From positions 1-48,335 of IMG/VR virus record IMGVR_UViG_3300014202_000218: 48,335 bases of DNA; one strand, 5' to 3'. The position numbers were made by a program, and so were the translations under genes. Source of the DNA: a virus (taxonomy: Duplodnaviria; Caudoviricetes). Of the stretch, positions 25,594 to 35,615 are shown one piece after another (position 1 is the first letter of the stretch; each line of letters starts with the position of its first letter). The notes under the pieces are model-generated. The model worked only from the letters and a program-made list of their open reading frames with translations, did not search any database and had not been told where the DNA came from.

Positions 25594-27023
25594 TATACGA
25601 TACCCCTAGCCTTCCAAGATACAGGATAATCTACCCTATTACCACTACTATCATAACAGTACACAAAGAATGAAGTAGGATTAGGAGCATCCACAAACCT
25701 GTACGTTACTACTATAGGCTGAACAGCATCTACCGTAACTGTGATACTATCAACATCTAGAAAGGCCTTATTGAACAGTACTTCCGTACCATCAGTATCA
25801 GCAGCCTCAGCATCGACGTCTCCGCTGTCTATCTCTCTTTTGACATCCAGCCGTATTACGATGTTGGAGTGCTCGATAACGGCTTCATCATCAGTGCCAG
25901 TATATTCAAATCTTAGCCTGACATACTGCATTGAAGATGCAAATAGGCTATCTCCGGTAGAGAATGCGCTATAGGATATCCCATCAGTAGATGTAGCCAG
26001 TTTACAGACTATAGCAACATCAGAGTCTATTATGTTCTTACTCCATGCTACGCTGATAATAACGTTGTTTATCAGTGTACCATAGTCTATATCCTCTTCG
26101 TAAGACCCAGTAGATTCCGTAGGCTGGCAGTACAAAGGAGAACCAGCATCTATCTGATCTTGTATAGTACTCCAGACATTATTATCAAAGTGATCCTCGA
26201 ACGTCTCTGTAACGTCAAGACACGCTATAATCTTATCGTCCTCTATTATAGCATTAACTAGAGTACCACTCAGGTCCGACGTTCTAACATCCTGAAGTTC
26301 AAAGTCAGGAGGCTGATTTACTGATACAACAACAGATGTACTCCTACCAACGTTACCAACTATATCCTCTGCCTCTACCGTGTACGTATACGTTCCGCCA
26401 GTAGTCTCGAAGATAGCCTCGAATGTACCATTCATCTCTCCTATAAGAGTACCATCTTTGTACACATTATAGTGAGATATAGCCAGAGAACTAGTTGGTA
26501 TAGTCCACCGTAGAAGAACAAAGTTATCAATAACCGTCGGTGTTATAACTGGAGCCGTTATCTGCGGTATAGCTATGATAATAGTTTCAGCCGTCTCCGA
26601 CTCTATACCATCCGATGATGTACCCTTAAGGAAGAATGTATGGCTTCCAGTCGTTAATGGTATAGAGATAGGATCAAGATTAACTACAGCAGTAGTAGTC
26701 TCTATAAGGCTATTAGCTGCATCCCAATCATCACTATCATATCCACTACCAGCTAAGTATCGTATTTCATATACAATCCCAGAACCAATAGAGGTCCATG
26801 ATAGCCGTATGTTATTAGGGAATATCTGCCCTGAGAATCCACCAATAGCACTGAGTATAGGTAGCTGTATTCCACTAGCACCAAAGCTACGTGTAGTAGG
26901 GGGATTAATCTGTCTATCCAGAGCATATAGATCCCTGATAAAACTATCCAGGAGACTATACAGTCTAGGATCATCAAACTCTATCCCGCCTAGGAGACTA
27001 AGAGCTGTACTCTCATCAGACAT
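25593..27023 (-). CDS. Tail protein with fibronectin-III-like domains
   Basis: LSW...YEIRY, LRW....YNVYKDG...YTYTVEAED..GN. Confidence 0.7.
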   Translation of the reverse strand: MSDESTALSLLGGIEFDDPRLYSLLDSFIRDLYALDRQINPPTTRSFGASGIQLPILSAIGGFSGQIFPNNIRLSWTSIGSGIVYEIRYLAGSGYDSDDWDAANSLIETTTAVVNLDPISIPLTTGSHTFFLKGTSSDGIESETAETIIIAIPQITAPVITPTVIDNFVLLRWTIPTSSLAISHYNVYKDGTLIGEMNGTFEAIFETTGGTYTYTVEAEDIVGNVGRSTSVVVSVNQPPDFELQDVRTSDLSGTLVNAIIEDDKIIACLDVTETFEDHFDNNVWSTIQDQIDAGSPLYCQPTESTGSYEEDIDYGTLINNVIISVAWSKNIIDSDVAIVCKLATSTDGISYSAFSTGDSLFASSMQYVRLRFEYTGTDDEAVIEHSNIVIRLDVKREIDSGDVDAEAADTDGTEVLFNKAFLDVDSITVTVDAVQPIVVTYRFVDAPNPTSFFVYCYDSSGNRVDYPVSWKARGIV

Positions 27024-28900
27024 TAGCCTGACCTCCTAAGCCACGAAGCTTTGCCCCAGACGTAGAGAGAGTTGAAGGAATATCTCTCGTTTATAGCATT
27101 GACCTGAAACCTGATAGACATCCTCTCGTTAGTGAAGTTGATCGGAGTCTCATAATCCTTTCCAGGAGTAAGCCCTAGAGTGATTACCGTAACATCCTCC
27201 GTTACCACATCATCTTCACTATAGAGCCGTATTTCGATGTCTCCAACTCCTACACACCTAAACTTTATGCCAGAGAAATGATTGATATATCCAGCTACCG
27301 GTTCTTTGAACGATGACTTCCAGTATGATGTTATCGCATTGGCAAAGTCACTCGTCAAATCTTCCTTCATAGTATAGATATTACCACCAGCCAGAGCGAA
27401 GTGGAATACTGGCTTCTTGGTAGTAACATCTTTGTCACCTATGATGGACACTGGAGCCGTTGGGAATGTCCAGATATCCCACTTGATCAGATTCTGGTCT
27501 AGTGTCTTATAGACTGTGAATGCCTCACTATAGTCTGCATACAGGACATGTGATATAGCCGTTGCAGAATCTAGTGGTACAGAGATAATCATCCTATGGT
27601 TAGAAGGATCATCTACTATCTGTACAAGGTCAAACTTAGCCTTGTTGATTCTCTTCCAGATACTCTCTATATTCCAAGATAGTTCTGGGCGTACAACCAT
27701 TCCCTCGAATACAACTAGGCCAGACTTATCAGCAATGAATGCACGATCAAACTGCAGACCCTTAGAGTCTAGAATATTAGCTACTGCGAACGGCTCCGCT
27801 CCACAAGCTTTCTCTATACAGTTAACCTGCCATGTATTAGGAGCCGCATCGTTATCACTAGAAGCATAGAATCTATCAGATGAACAGAGTATCAGACTAC
27901 GGCGATGCTCAAAAGCATTCTTCAGTCCCGAGCCACCATCTGAAGGATCTACTGTAATGAATCCATCCACATCGTTAAATGTCTCAGGTTCACCCTTCTC
28001 TGAGAGCCGTATTGTATAGTTATTACCGTCCTCAGCTATTACACCGAGTCGACCATTATACACAACAAGAGCTACACCAGCCGGAATAACGGCTAGGTTA
28101 TCAAACAAATAGTCAGCAGACTCAATCAAATCCGCATCATAGAATGATACCGATGCTACCGTATCACCAGCCGCTACAGTGCCCTGCTCTCCAGGTATAA
28201 AGAAGAACTCATACCCAAATAGATTTCCCGTGAACAAAGACGCAGGAATAGACTTAGTAGCCAGTAGAACCTTAGTCTGAGTACCAGATACAGGTATCCC
28301 ACTCAAATCTACTTCTCTACCACCACCAGCAGTAACTTGAGCTATGCTACTTCCTGGAGCCGTCATGAATCCACTAGAAGTAACATATGCTACAGCGAAT
28401 AGGTGTACTCCGGATTCAACTTTCCCCGATGTCACACTATTATTAGCTACAAGAGTGAATCCACTAGGAGCTACTCCAGCAGCGGCTCTAGCAGTACCAT
28501 CACCTTCATACACTAGGATATGTTTACCAGCCGCTCCCTCAACCCTATTATGGGCGCTGATATATAGTCTATTCGCGTAGTTAGCTACTGAGATATCGAC
28601 AAAATCTCCATCCTGATAAATAGCAGTAGGATAATATAGACTATCATACAGATTGCCCAGATTATCCAGCCATATCCACCGCGGAGTTTCGCCAAGTCTC
28701 TTATACTGAAAAGCTCGAACAATATTGTCAGCAGTAAGACTAGGAGTACTGTGCAAGCCGTCTCTAGTAGATACCGCCCCCAATGAAAACTTGTTGTTAC
28801 GGGCATCAGAAAAGAAGGCATCAGGTATAACCTCACCATTACCTCTGCTGAATATCCCTCTAAAGTCTGTCTGTTCTAGAGGCTTAAGACCTTGCTGCAT
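27023..28900 (-). CDS. Tail nozzle/hub (tubular protein B or P22 gp10-like)
   Basis: 625 aa, beta-rich; DFRGI at N-terminus, YNGRL, RLSEKGEPE; synteny. Confidence 0.65.
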   Translation of the reverse strand: MQQGLKPLEQTDFRGIFSRGNGEVIPDAFFSDARNNKFSLGAVSTRDGLHSTPSLTADNIVRAFQYKRLGETPRWIWLDNLGNLYDSLYYPTAIYQDGDFVDISVANYANRLYISAHNRVEGAAGKHILVYEGDGTARAAAGVAPSGFTLVANNSVTSGKVESGVHLFAVAYVTSSGFMTAPGSSIAQVTAGGGREVDLSGIPVSGTQTKVLLATKSIPASLFTGNLFGYEFFFIPGEQGTVAAGDTVASVSFYDADLIESADYLFDNLAVIPAGVALVVYNGRLGVIAEDGNNYTIRLSEKGEPETFNDVDGFITVDPSDGGSGLKNAFEHRRSLILCSSDRFYASSDNDAAPNTWQVNCIEKACGAEPFAVANILDSKGLQFDRAFIADKSGLVVFEGMVVRPELSWNIESIWKRINKAKFDLVQIVDDPSNHRMIISVPLDSATAISHVLYADYSEAFTVYKTLDQNLIKWDIWTFPTAPVSIIGDKDVTTKKPVFHFALAGGNIYTMKEDLTSDFANAITSYWKSSFKEPVAGYINHFSGIKFRCVGVGDIEIRLYSEDDVVTEDVTVITLGLTPGKDYETPINFTNERMSIRFQVNAINERYSFNSLYVWGKASWLRRSG

Positions 28901-28921
28901 AATATCTACTCCCTAAGAGTT

Positions 28922-28962
28922 TGGGTAGTACAGGATAGCCATCCTCTACCCTATACTACCCA
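28922..28962 (-). terminator. Intergenic hairpin (terminator or processing site)
   Basis: tgggtagtatagg/cctgtactaccca on the - strand with one G-U pair. Confidence 0.55.
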
Positions 28963-28970
28963 TTCCCTAC

Positions 28971-29960
28971 TTAGGCGCCCGAAGCTCTAACACCCCAAGC
29001 ACCAAAGTACTTTACGAGAGCAGCTTTAACAGCAGTAGAAGTAGAACCAAGAACAAGAGCCGGAGCAACTTCCTCATCAACATCAAGAGCCGCACTAATC
29101 TGAGTAACCTGAAGCTTATCCACGAAACAGGTCATCACACCAGCACGAGATATTTCTACCCTGAGACGCTGATATGTTCCAGCAGCCGCAACATCAACAC
29201 CAGTATCAACACCAGTTGTACTAGTAAGAATAGATGCAGCAGCATCGCTCTTATTATATGCAGCGAAGTATCGATCTCCATCAGTCAAACCAACATCGAA
29301 TACCAATCCAGCAAGATCATCCTGAACGAGGGTCAGAGTAAGAGTAGACCCAGTAACAGGCTGAGCAATAGCATCTGCAAATGTACCCACGAAACCAAAG
29401 AAGAAGTTTCGAAGAGTAATAGCAGAACTCTGAGCTATCAATACATCAATGACAAGAGGACCATGAGTATCAGGCTGAAATGGAACAGAGGTCGTTAGTC
29501 CAACACCAAGAGCAATGTTATGAGCGACTTCATCAGTAGTAGTAATAGTGGCTATTGGACCACCTTCACCTATAGCAACAACAACACCAGAGTCAGTCTC
29601 TGCGATACCTTCACCACAGATCTTAACTCCAGATTCAACGAGAGTAGCTATAGCAGCCGTATCAGCATGAGCTTTACCAACACCATTCCTAAAATCTGTC
29701 CTCCAACCCAATATCCCAGGCTGGTTAAAAGAAATAGGAGTCCAATATACGTTAGTTTTGGTACCTTCATTGATGTAAACAGAGCCGTTAGTGAGGTCAG
29801 TGTATGTTGAGCCGAATCCAGCTACACCCAAACCAGTTGGCTTAACATCTGCTCGTGAAGATGAACCACTCAAAGGACCACCAGTTCCAACCAGATCAAA
29901 CACCTGGTTAATGAACATCCTATCCTTCTGAGCCGCCATCATACTTTGACTATGTATCAT
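28971..29960 (-). CDS. Virion structural protein (beta-sandwich)
   Basis: 329 aa, A/G/T/V-rich; GSTYTD...G.VYINEGT motif. Confidence 0.6.
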   Translation of the reverse strand: MIHSQSMMAAQKDRMFINQVFDLVGTGGPLSGSSSRADVKPTGLGVAGFGSTYTDLTNGSVYINEGTKTNVYWTPISFNQPGILGWRTDFRNGVGKAHADTAAIATLVESGVKICGEGIAETDSGVVVAIGEGGPIATITTTDEVAHNIALGVGLTTSVPFQPDTHGPLVIDVLIAQSSAITLRNFFFGFVGTFADAIAQPVTGSTLTLTLVQDDLAGLVFDVGLTDGDRYFAAYNKSDAAASILTSTTGVDTGVDVAAAGTYQRLRVEISRAGVMTCFVDKLQVTQISAALDVDEEVAPALVLGSTSTAVKAALVKYFGAWGVRASGA

Positions 29961-30015
29961 ACGTCAATCCTATTCTTTACTTTATAGGAAAGGGTATCTC
30001 TACCCAAGCCCGTAT

Positions 30016-30675
30016 TTACTGTGCGTTACTACTGTACCGACCCCTACGATGCCTAACACCCTGCTGGTCTAGAACGAAGATTCTCAGTAGATTATCTTCC
30101 GCTAGAGCCAGTTCATTGTCCTTTATATCATCAGCTTTAGCTTTATTCTCTCCTACAAACCTAGCACAAAGTTCAGCCGTCTTAGCTTCCAACCAAGGCT
30201 GAATCTTGTAATCATCTACAGGAGAGTTAGCAGCAGAGATAGCTGCCAACATACGTTCATATACTAACTTAACTTCTCTGTCAGCAGTAGAACCGAGTAG
30301 CTTAATAGTATTATCCTCGAACGACCAAACCCCTAGAGTAGTTCCCATTGCAGCATTAGGTATTTCATCTACCTCTTGCATCTGCACCCAATCAGACTCT
30401 TTAGTACTACCATCCGCCCTTTCGTAGAGCTTATTTGGTACTAGGAAGTCATTGGGCAAATCAACAGATTTAGCTCCAGCCGCAACATCTATAGCGGCGG
30501 AGGTCTCGTGGTTTATCTCTATATCATATACTGCCAGTAACTGCTCTAAGGATTTGTTCGCTCTCTTCAGATACGGTAGTTGTATTGTATTAGTAAACAG
30601 CCTTCTATTAACATCATTAAGGATAGCAGCAGCACCATCCATAATATCCGAAGCTACTATTGTAGGTGGTGCCAT
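30016..30675 (-). CDS. Head-tail adaptor (tubular protein A-like)
   Basis: 219 aa; N-terminal helices, LPNDFL motif; synteny. Confidence 0.65.
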   Translation of the reverse strand: MAPPTIVASDIMDGAAAILNDVNRRLFTNTIQLPYLKRANKSLEQLLAVYDIEINHETSAAIDVAAGAKSVDLPNDFLVPNKLYERADGSTKESDWVQMQEVDEIPNAAMGTTLGVWSFEDNTIKLLGSTADREVKLVYERMLAAISAANSPVDDYKIQPWLEAKTAELCARFVGENKAKADDIKDNELALAEDNLLRIFVLDQQGVRHRRGRYSSNAQ

Positions 30676-30686
30676 GTCTTAGTCCC

Positions 30687-31223
30687 CTAGAGAGCCAGCA
30701 TTCGATTACGAGCATCCCAATAAGGGTCATTCAATGGAATATCAGACTCATTTCTACCAGCCTGAATCTTAACCATCTCATAGACCGCTTCAGTCTTAGC
30801 ATTAGTAGGAATGGCAGTTTCAACTACACTCTTAGGAGTAACATCAACATGCTTCCTAAGTTCCTCACTAACCGATGCCATCGTTACAGCTTCCTGATAT
30901 GTAGGAATCTGATCCCTAGATATCTTATCTGCAGCATTCCTTACTGCATCATCAATAGCATCGAACTGCATGGAGAATTGAGGATAAGCAGCCCGAAGAT
31001 CCCTCCGTTCTTTTTCAGCGTCGGAGATAAGCTCTTCTATTACTTCTTTGGCTTCTTCATTACTTTTATCAAGTTCACTAGTGCTAACGTTGTCTCCCGA
31101 TTCAGGCTGCTCTGGTGTATCCACGATACCTGATTCTTCATGAAGCTCCACCACTGGTTCTTGTAATACCTCAGTATTCTCACCCGCAGGAGTAATACCA
31201 GCCGGAAGTGTTATAGGACTCAC
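30687..31223 (-). CDS. Hypothetical acidic protein
   Basis: 178-aa ORF, coupled start. Confidence 0.7.
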   Translation of the reverse strand: MSPITLPAGITPAGENTEVLQEPVVELHEESGIVDTPEQPESGDNVSTSELDKSNEEAKEVIEELISDAEKERRDLRAAYPQFSMQFDAIDDAVRNAADKISRDQIPTYQEAVTMASVSEELRKHVDVTPKSVVETAIPTNAKTEAVYEMVKIQAGRNESDIPLNDPYWDARNRMLAL

Positions 31224-31909
31224 TTTGCACCTACCATTGCGTTGTACTTCTCTTTGTTAATAACTTCCTTACAGTTGGGGCACTTAACAACCTCAGGATT
31301 AACATCAACCATGCAGTATTGGCACTTCATAAGAACAGGCATATTCTCAGGAATGTAGTTGACCCATTCAGCCTTGTGCCCAATAGCCTTGGCAGCGAAT
31401 CGCTGAATATCAGAGACGGCTCGAATATTCTTATTCTGTTGCCAATCAGCATCAGCCATACGAGCAAGATTGCGATACCAGTTATTCTGGAGCCGTCTTG
31501 CCTCAGCCAGTTGTTCCTTTGCCATTTCCTGAACTTCATCAGGAGAGTAAATACCCTCAAGATAGAACATTCCAGGACGAGCATCATCACCAAGACAAAG
31601 CTGAGAACCACAGAAGTCCTTAACTATACTCTCAGCGAGGACGGCTGGAGAGGTAGTCTGCTTAATGCTCGAACCTGGCTTACCTTCATCCACCATAGGA
31701 TTGGGTATCCAATGAATAGCCTCTCTCACATGAAGAATAGCAAATCCTAGCTTACTATCAGCACCAGGAATAACAAACTCTGACGGCAACAAGAGAGGCT
31801 TATTCTCTGTAATAGAGTATGGAAGCAATGATACAACAGTACAGCCGTATTCATAACGATTACGGTCATTCTGATTCTTGAACTTAACCTTACCGCCCTC
31901 AATCTGCAT
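31220..31909 (-). CDS. Hypothetical protein with C-terminal Zn ribbon
   Basis: CQYC...CPNC. Confidence 0.75.
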   Translation of the reverse strand: MQIEGGKVKFKNQNDRNRYEYGCTVVSLLPYSITENKPLLLPSEFVIPGADSKLGFAILHVREAIHWIPNPMVDEGKPGSSIKQTTSPAVLAESIVKDFCGSQLCLGDDARPGMFYLEGIYSPDEVQEMAKEQLAEARRLQNNWYRNLARMADADWQQNKNIRAVSDIQRFAAKAIGHKAEWVNYIPENMPVLMKCQYCMVDVNPEVVKCPNCKEVINKEKYNAMVGAK

Positions 31910-32501
31910 TTTGTCCTACCTTCTCTATTACAACTGTGTTATCCACGGGAGGCTTAGCAGGTACTGTTACTGCACTCCCATTAACCATGTCTAGAACTAG
32001 AGGCTCGCTATCTTCCCTGATACGATCAAGATCTCTAGCTGCTTCTTTCTTTTTAGCAGCTTCTTCCTCTGCCAGATGATCTTTTTCATTCTTCTTCTCT
32101 TCAGTCAAACTACGATGATGAGCAAGTTTGCTATCAACCAGTAGCTTAACTGCTCTCCAGATAGGATCAGGATTGCTATTCGCCGCACCGAATATCCAGA
32201 GCGGCTCATATGAATATGTTACACCGACAATCTCAGTCGATGTATTAGGTACAAGCACCTCTAGAACCCACTTATCTGGATACAGAGGATACTTCTCTAC
32301 TTCATGTGGCCCAAACTCAGTACGAAGGAAGATGGTTCCTGTTTCATCAAAGATATCAAAACCAGCTTCGTTTACCTTCCACTCGTATTGCTTCGTACTC
32401 CACACTATCCGCAATCTAGCCTTATCACTATGCACGTCTTTCCCATAGTGATTGACTAGTTGTCGATTCAACTCGTCTATCTCAAATAATGATGTACTCA
32501 T
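31899..32501 (-). CDS. Hypothetical protein
   Basis: 200-aa ORF in the late operon. Confidence 0.75.
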   Translation of the reverse strand: MSTSLFEIDELNRQLVNHYGKDVHSDKARLRIVWSTKQYEWKVNEAGFDIFDETGTIFLRTEFGPHEVEKYPLYPDKWVLEVLVPNTSTEIVGVTYSYEPLWIFGAANSNPDPIWRAVKLLVDSKLAHHRSLTEEKKNEKDHLAEEEAAKKKEAARDLDRIREDSEPLVLDMVNGSAVTVPAKPPVDNTVVIEKVGQNAD

Positions 32502-32522
32502 AGGATGGTTATGGTACGTTAC

Positions 32523-32560
32523 CTAGGGTAGAATAAGAGGGGCGTCCTATCCTACCCTAG
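32523..32560 (-). terminator. Hairpin downstream of the capsid/decoration genes
   Basis: ctagggtaggata/tattctaccctag on the - strand with a G-U pair. Confidence 0.55.
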
Positions 32561-32583
32561 ATATCCCAGTTCTACGTTAACGA

Positions 32584-32943
32584 CTAGTCGATGAGTTCAG
32601 CAGTCATGGCAACTGGATAAACCAGAACACCATTAGACACAAACAGAGCCGCAACGGCTGCTACCATTGTGAATGCCTTACCAATCGGAATATCCTCAGT
32701 CTGAGCATTAACATCTCGTGCGAGAGTACCACCAGTAGCACCAGTAAATGCACCAGTAGGAATCACACAGAAGATGCCACGGAATCCCAAAGGCAGCCTG
32801 AATCCAGTAATAGCCTCAGTACCACTCATAACAGTGATAAAGTGGGTGATGCTATTAGCCAGACTTGCTACAGAAGCCTGAGTGACAGGATTCACATTAG
32901 GATTCTGCGGATTGCTAATCGGCTTCATGTTGTCCATAGCCAT
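32584..32943 (-). CDS. Putative capsid decoration protein
   Basis: 119 aa directly after the capsid gene, strong RBS. Confidence 0.55.
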   Translation of the reverse strand: MAMDNMKPISNPQNPNVNPVTQASVASLANSITHFITVMSGTEAITGFRLPLGFRGIFCVIPTGAFTGATGGTLARDVNAQTEDIPIGKAFTMVAAVAALFVSNGVLVYPVAMTAELID

Positions 32944-32976
32944 AATATTCTCTACTCCTTTCTCTTTCTCTAACTA

Positions 32977-34296
32977 TTAGTAACCGCTCGGAACAGTCAG
33001 ACCATCAATATAAGACAGAGCCGGAGGCATCTTATTGAAGATCTGGAATGAAACAGTCAGATACTGGAGCTGCGAGGTCTGAACACCACCACTAGGACCA
33101 CGCACCTCAAATATCTTCCTTCCACCCACTTCATAGAATCCAGCCGCCTTCATTTCAGCGCGACCAAATGTATCCATGGGAAGGAAATCAATACGGGTTT
33201 TATCCCACATGAACTGGTCATCAATAGAAGCACCAGCCATTTGCATTCCATCACCAAAGTACATATCAAGATTCTCAGCCTTAGCCGTCTTCTGAATGAC
33301 AGAAACGAGCTGACCAAGCTCTTCATATGCCTGCTTCTGGCAAGGATGCATAAAAGCCTTAAGACTCTTACCCATCTTATTCTTACCCAAACGATCACCA
33401 ATCTTGTTCATGGCAAGACGGGCGAAAGGAAGAGCAAGAGCACCAGAAGCATTCACTCGATTAGCACGAATCTGCGGAATGGTAGCACGATCCAAACCAA
33501 GCCAAGTGCCAGTCGAGGCATTTGAATTGTGATATGGAACACCAAACAGACTCGTCGGTGATGCACCAGCAAGACCACTAACAAGAATCTTATCACCAGC
33601 CGTAATACCAGAGACGGCTGCGAACTTAACTACCTTGTTAGGCAGATCAACATACGTGATCTCAACTTCTCCAGCCGCAGTACGATTAGTAGCCAACGTG
33701 CTATCATACACATTGACAGGCTGACCTTCCTGCATAAGCTTAACACCGAAACCATCCGTAGAGCAGGTAACGGTATCAACACCAGAAGAAGTAGAAACGG
33801 AAGTAACAGTTCCAATAACACCATTACCAGCCGTCATGCACAGTGCATTCAGATGACGACGGAACTCGGGCATTTCACCGGCAATGAGTTCCTGATAGGC
33901 ATTAACAACAGCCTTAGCATCCGAATCAGTAGACCACTCAACAAGCTTGGACCACTGAATAGCATACTTGAAATGGCAAACAGTAACGACAGCCTTATCA
34001 TACGTGCTGCCACCACCGAGTCCCATATCACCATTATCAGGATTGAAATGCCCAAACTTACCACCAGGCTTGAGCTTCAAAGGGACTCGCATAGCACGAT
34101 TGGAAACCTTTTCTGCACTAGCAGACTTCCCAACCTGGCTATAGAAAGTATCCTCAAGTTCAAACATCTGAGGAACCTTCTTGTGAATCTTCTCAGCTTC
34201 AGTAGCAACAACCTGGGACTCTGTCATGAGCTCGAACACACCAAAAGGCGTAGCTTCGAGCATACCATGCAGCGACTTAAAGAAACGAGAAATCAT
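32977..34296 (-). CDS. Major capsid protein
   Basis: 439 aa after scaffold and portal; high-expression codon bias; HK97-like layout. Confidence 0.85.
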   Translation of the reverse strand: MISRFFKSLHGMLEATPFGVFELMTESQVVATEAEKIHKKVPQMFELEDTFYSQVGKSASAEKVSNRAMRVPLKLKPGGKFGHFNPDNGDMGLGGGSTYDKAVVTVCHFKYAIQWSKLVEWSTDSDAKAVVNAYQELIAGEMPEFRRHLNALCMTAGNGVIGTVTSVSTSSGVDTVTCSTDGFGVKLMQEGQPVNVYDSTLATNRTAAGEVEITYVDLPNKVVKFAAVSGITAGDKILVSGLAGASPTSLFGVPYHNSNASTGTWLGLDRATIPQIRANRVNASGALALPFARLAMNKIGDRLGKNKMGKSLKAFMHPCQKQAYEELGQLVSVIQKTAKAENLDMYFGDGMQMAGASIDDQFMWDKTRIDFLPMDTFGRAEMKAAGFYEVGGRKIFEVRGPSGGVQTSQLQYLTVSFQIFNKMPPALSYIDGLTVPSGY

Positions 34297-34307
34297 ACCA
34301 GTACTCC

Positions 34308-35612
34308 CTAACCTCTAAGGATATCCATATCCGAGAGAGGCTTTTTCTCACCATTATTAGACTTTGGTCTAAAAGAGCTCGTCTTACCGTGAACTCTTTT
34401 ATCCATATTAGTATTCGTACTCTGGACCCTCTTACCCCCACCACTACCAGACTTAGCTAGTGCTTTCTTAAGAAGTTCCTTCCTTACCTCCGGTACCAAT
34501 GACTTTGCGCGGACCAGGGCCGCGTTAAGGATTCTGGTTTTAGAGTCATTAGAGTACCTATCATCTTTGGCCCGATCGAACATTGAACCAAGTCGAGTCT
34601 TGAACGCCTTTTCAGAGAACATCTTCCTACGAACTTCGATCTCAATATCCTCAATCAGCTTATTGAGAGTATACTCCGAGAGCCGTCCATCTTCCTTCAG
34701 AGGCTTAGCAATATGATCCTTGATTCTCGTATCATAGGACTTGTTGACACTACGCTCAAAAGTACCGCGCTCAGTATCTTCAAGATCCTTAAGCCGTTTC
34801 TCAAGCTTAAGCTCAGTCTCTGACTTTTCTTCCTTCTTCGATTCTATCTTGAGAGCCGCATTGACGTTCTCATCATCAAAATAGAACTGGTGAATCATCT
34901 TAGCCGCGATAGCAATATCACTATCCTTGCCATCCTTACCTTTACCCTTGCCCTCTTTATAAGCAGCACGGCAAAGTTGCTTGATAGGCAGAGCGGCTAC
35001 TTCGTAATAAGCATCCTTATCCTTTTCCTGGAACCAATTAAGGATACCTACAGCAATCTTCTTTGCAGATTCCGGCTTACTCTTATGAATGGTATCCATA
35101 AGCTTAACCGGATCACCTGCACCAATGAGGTCTTCAGAAAGCTGATCAAAAGTCTTAGCTTTATCATCAGCATATTCTGCCTCTTTCGGTGAGCCAAAGA
35201 TTTCACCGTAACGCTCATCACGGAATAGAGCCGCTTTGACATCAGGGAACTCTTTAGCGAAATTCGGGTACTTCTTCTTAATATCAGTCCAAGAAGAAAG
35301 TCTTACAGAAGTACCATCCTCTTCTTCATCTACCTCATCTTCAGCTACAGACTCTCTATCTTCATCCTCTTCCTCATCTTCATCTTCTTTATCTTCTTCT
35401 CCGCCCAATCCCTCATCGCCACCGTCATTACTATCATCTTCTTCTTCTGTCTTTTCCTCTTCTTCATCATCTACCTCTCCACCATCATCCCCAGAGAGAA
35501 TAGACTCATCAGTTCCTCCACTACTACCACTACCACCAGATAGCCCTTCACCACCTTCTTCCATCAAGGGCATCTTAATACCATACCAACCATCAATATC
35601 ACTCTTATACAT
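34308..35612 (-). CDS. Capsid scaffolding protein
   Basis: Long acidic/Gly N-terminus, helical body, ends LSDMDILRG; lies between portal and capsid. Confidence 0.75.
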   Translation of the reverse strand: MYKSDIDGWYGIKMPLMEEGGEGLSGGSGSSGGTDESILSGDDGGEVDDEEEEKTEEEDDSNDGGDEGLGGEEDKEDEDEEEDEDRESVAEDEVDEEEDGTSVRLSSWTDIKKKYPNFAKEFPDVKAALFRDERYGEIFGSPKEAEYADDKAKTFDQLSEDLIGAGDPVKLMDTIHKSKPESAKKIAVGILNWFQEKDKDAYYEVAALPIKQLCRAAYKEGKGKGKDGKDSDIAIAAKMIHQFYFDDENVNAALKIESKKEEKSETELKLEKRLKDLEDTERGTFERSVNKSYDTRIKDHIAKPLKEDGRLSEYTLNKLIEDIEIEVRRKMFSEKAFKTRLGSMFDRAKDDRYSNDSKTRILNAALVRAKSLVPEVRKELLKKALAKSGSGGGKRVQSTNTNMDKRVHGKTSSFRPKSNNGEKKPLSDMDILRG

Positions 35613-35615
35613 ATA

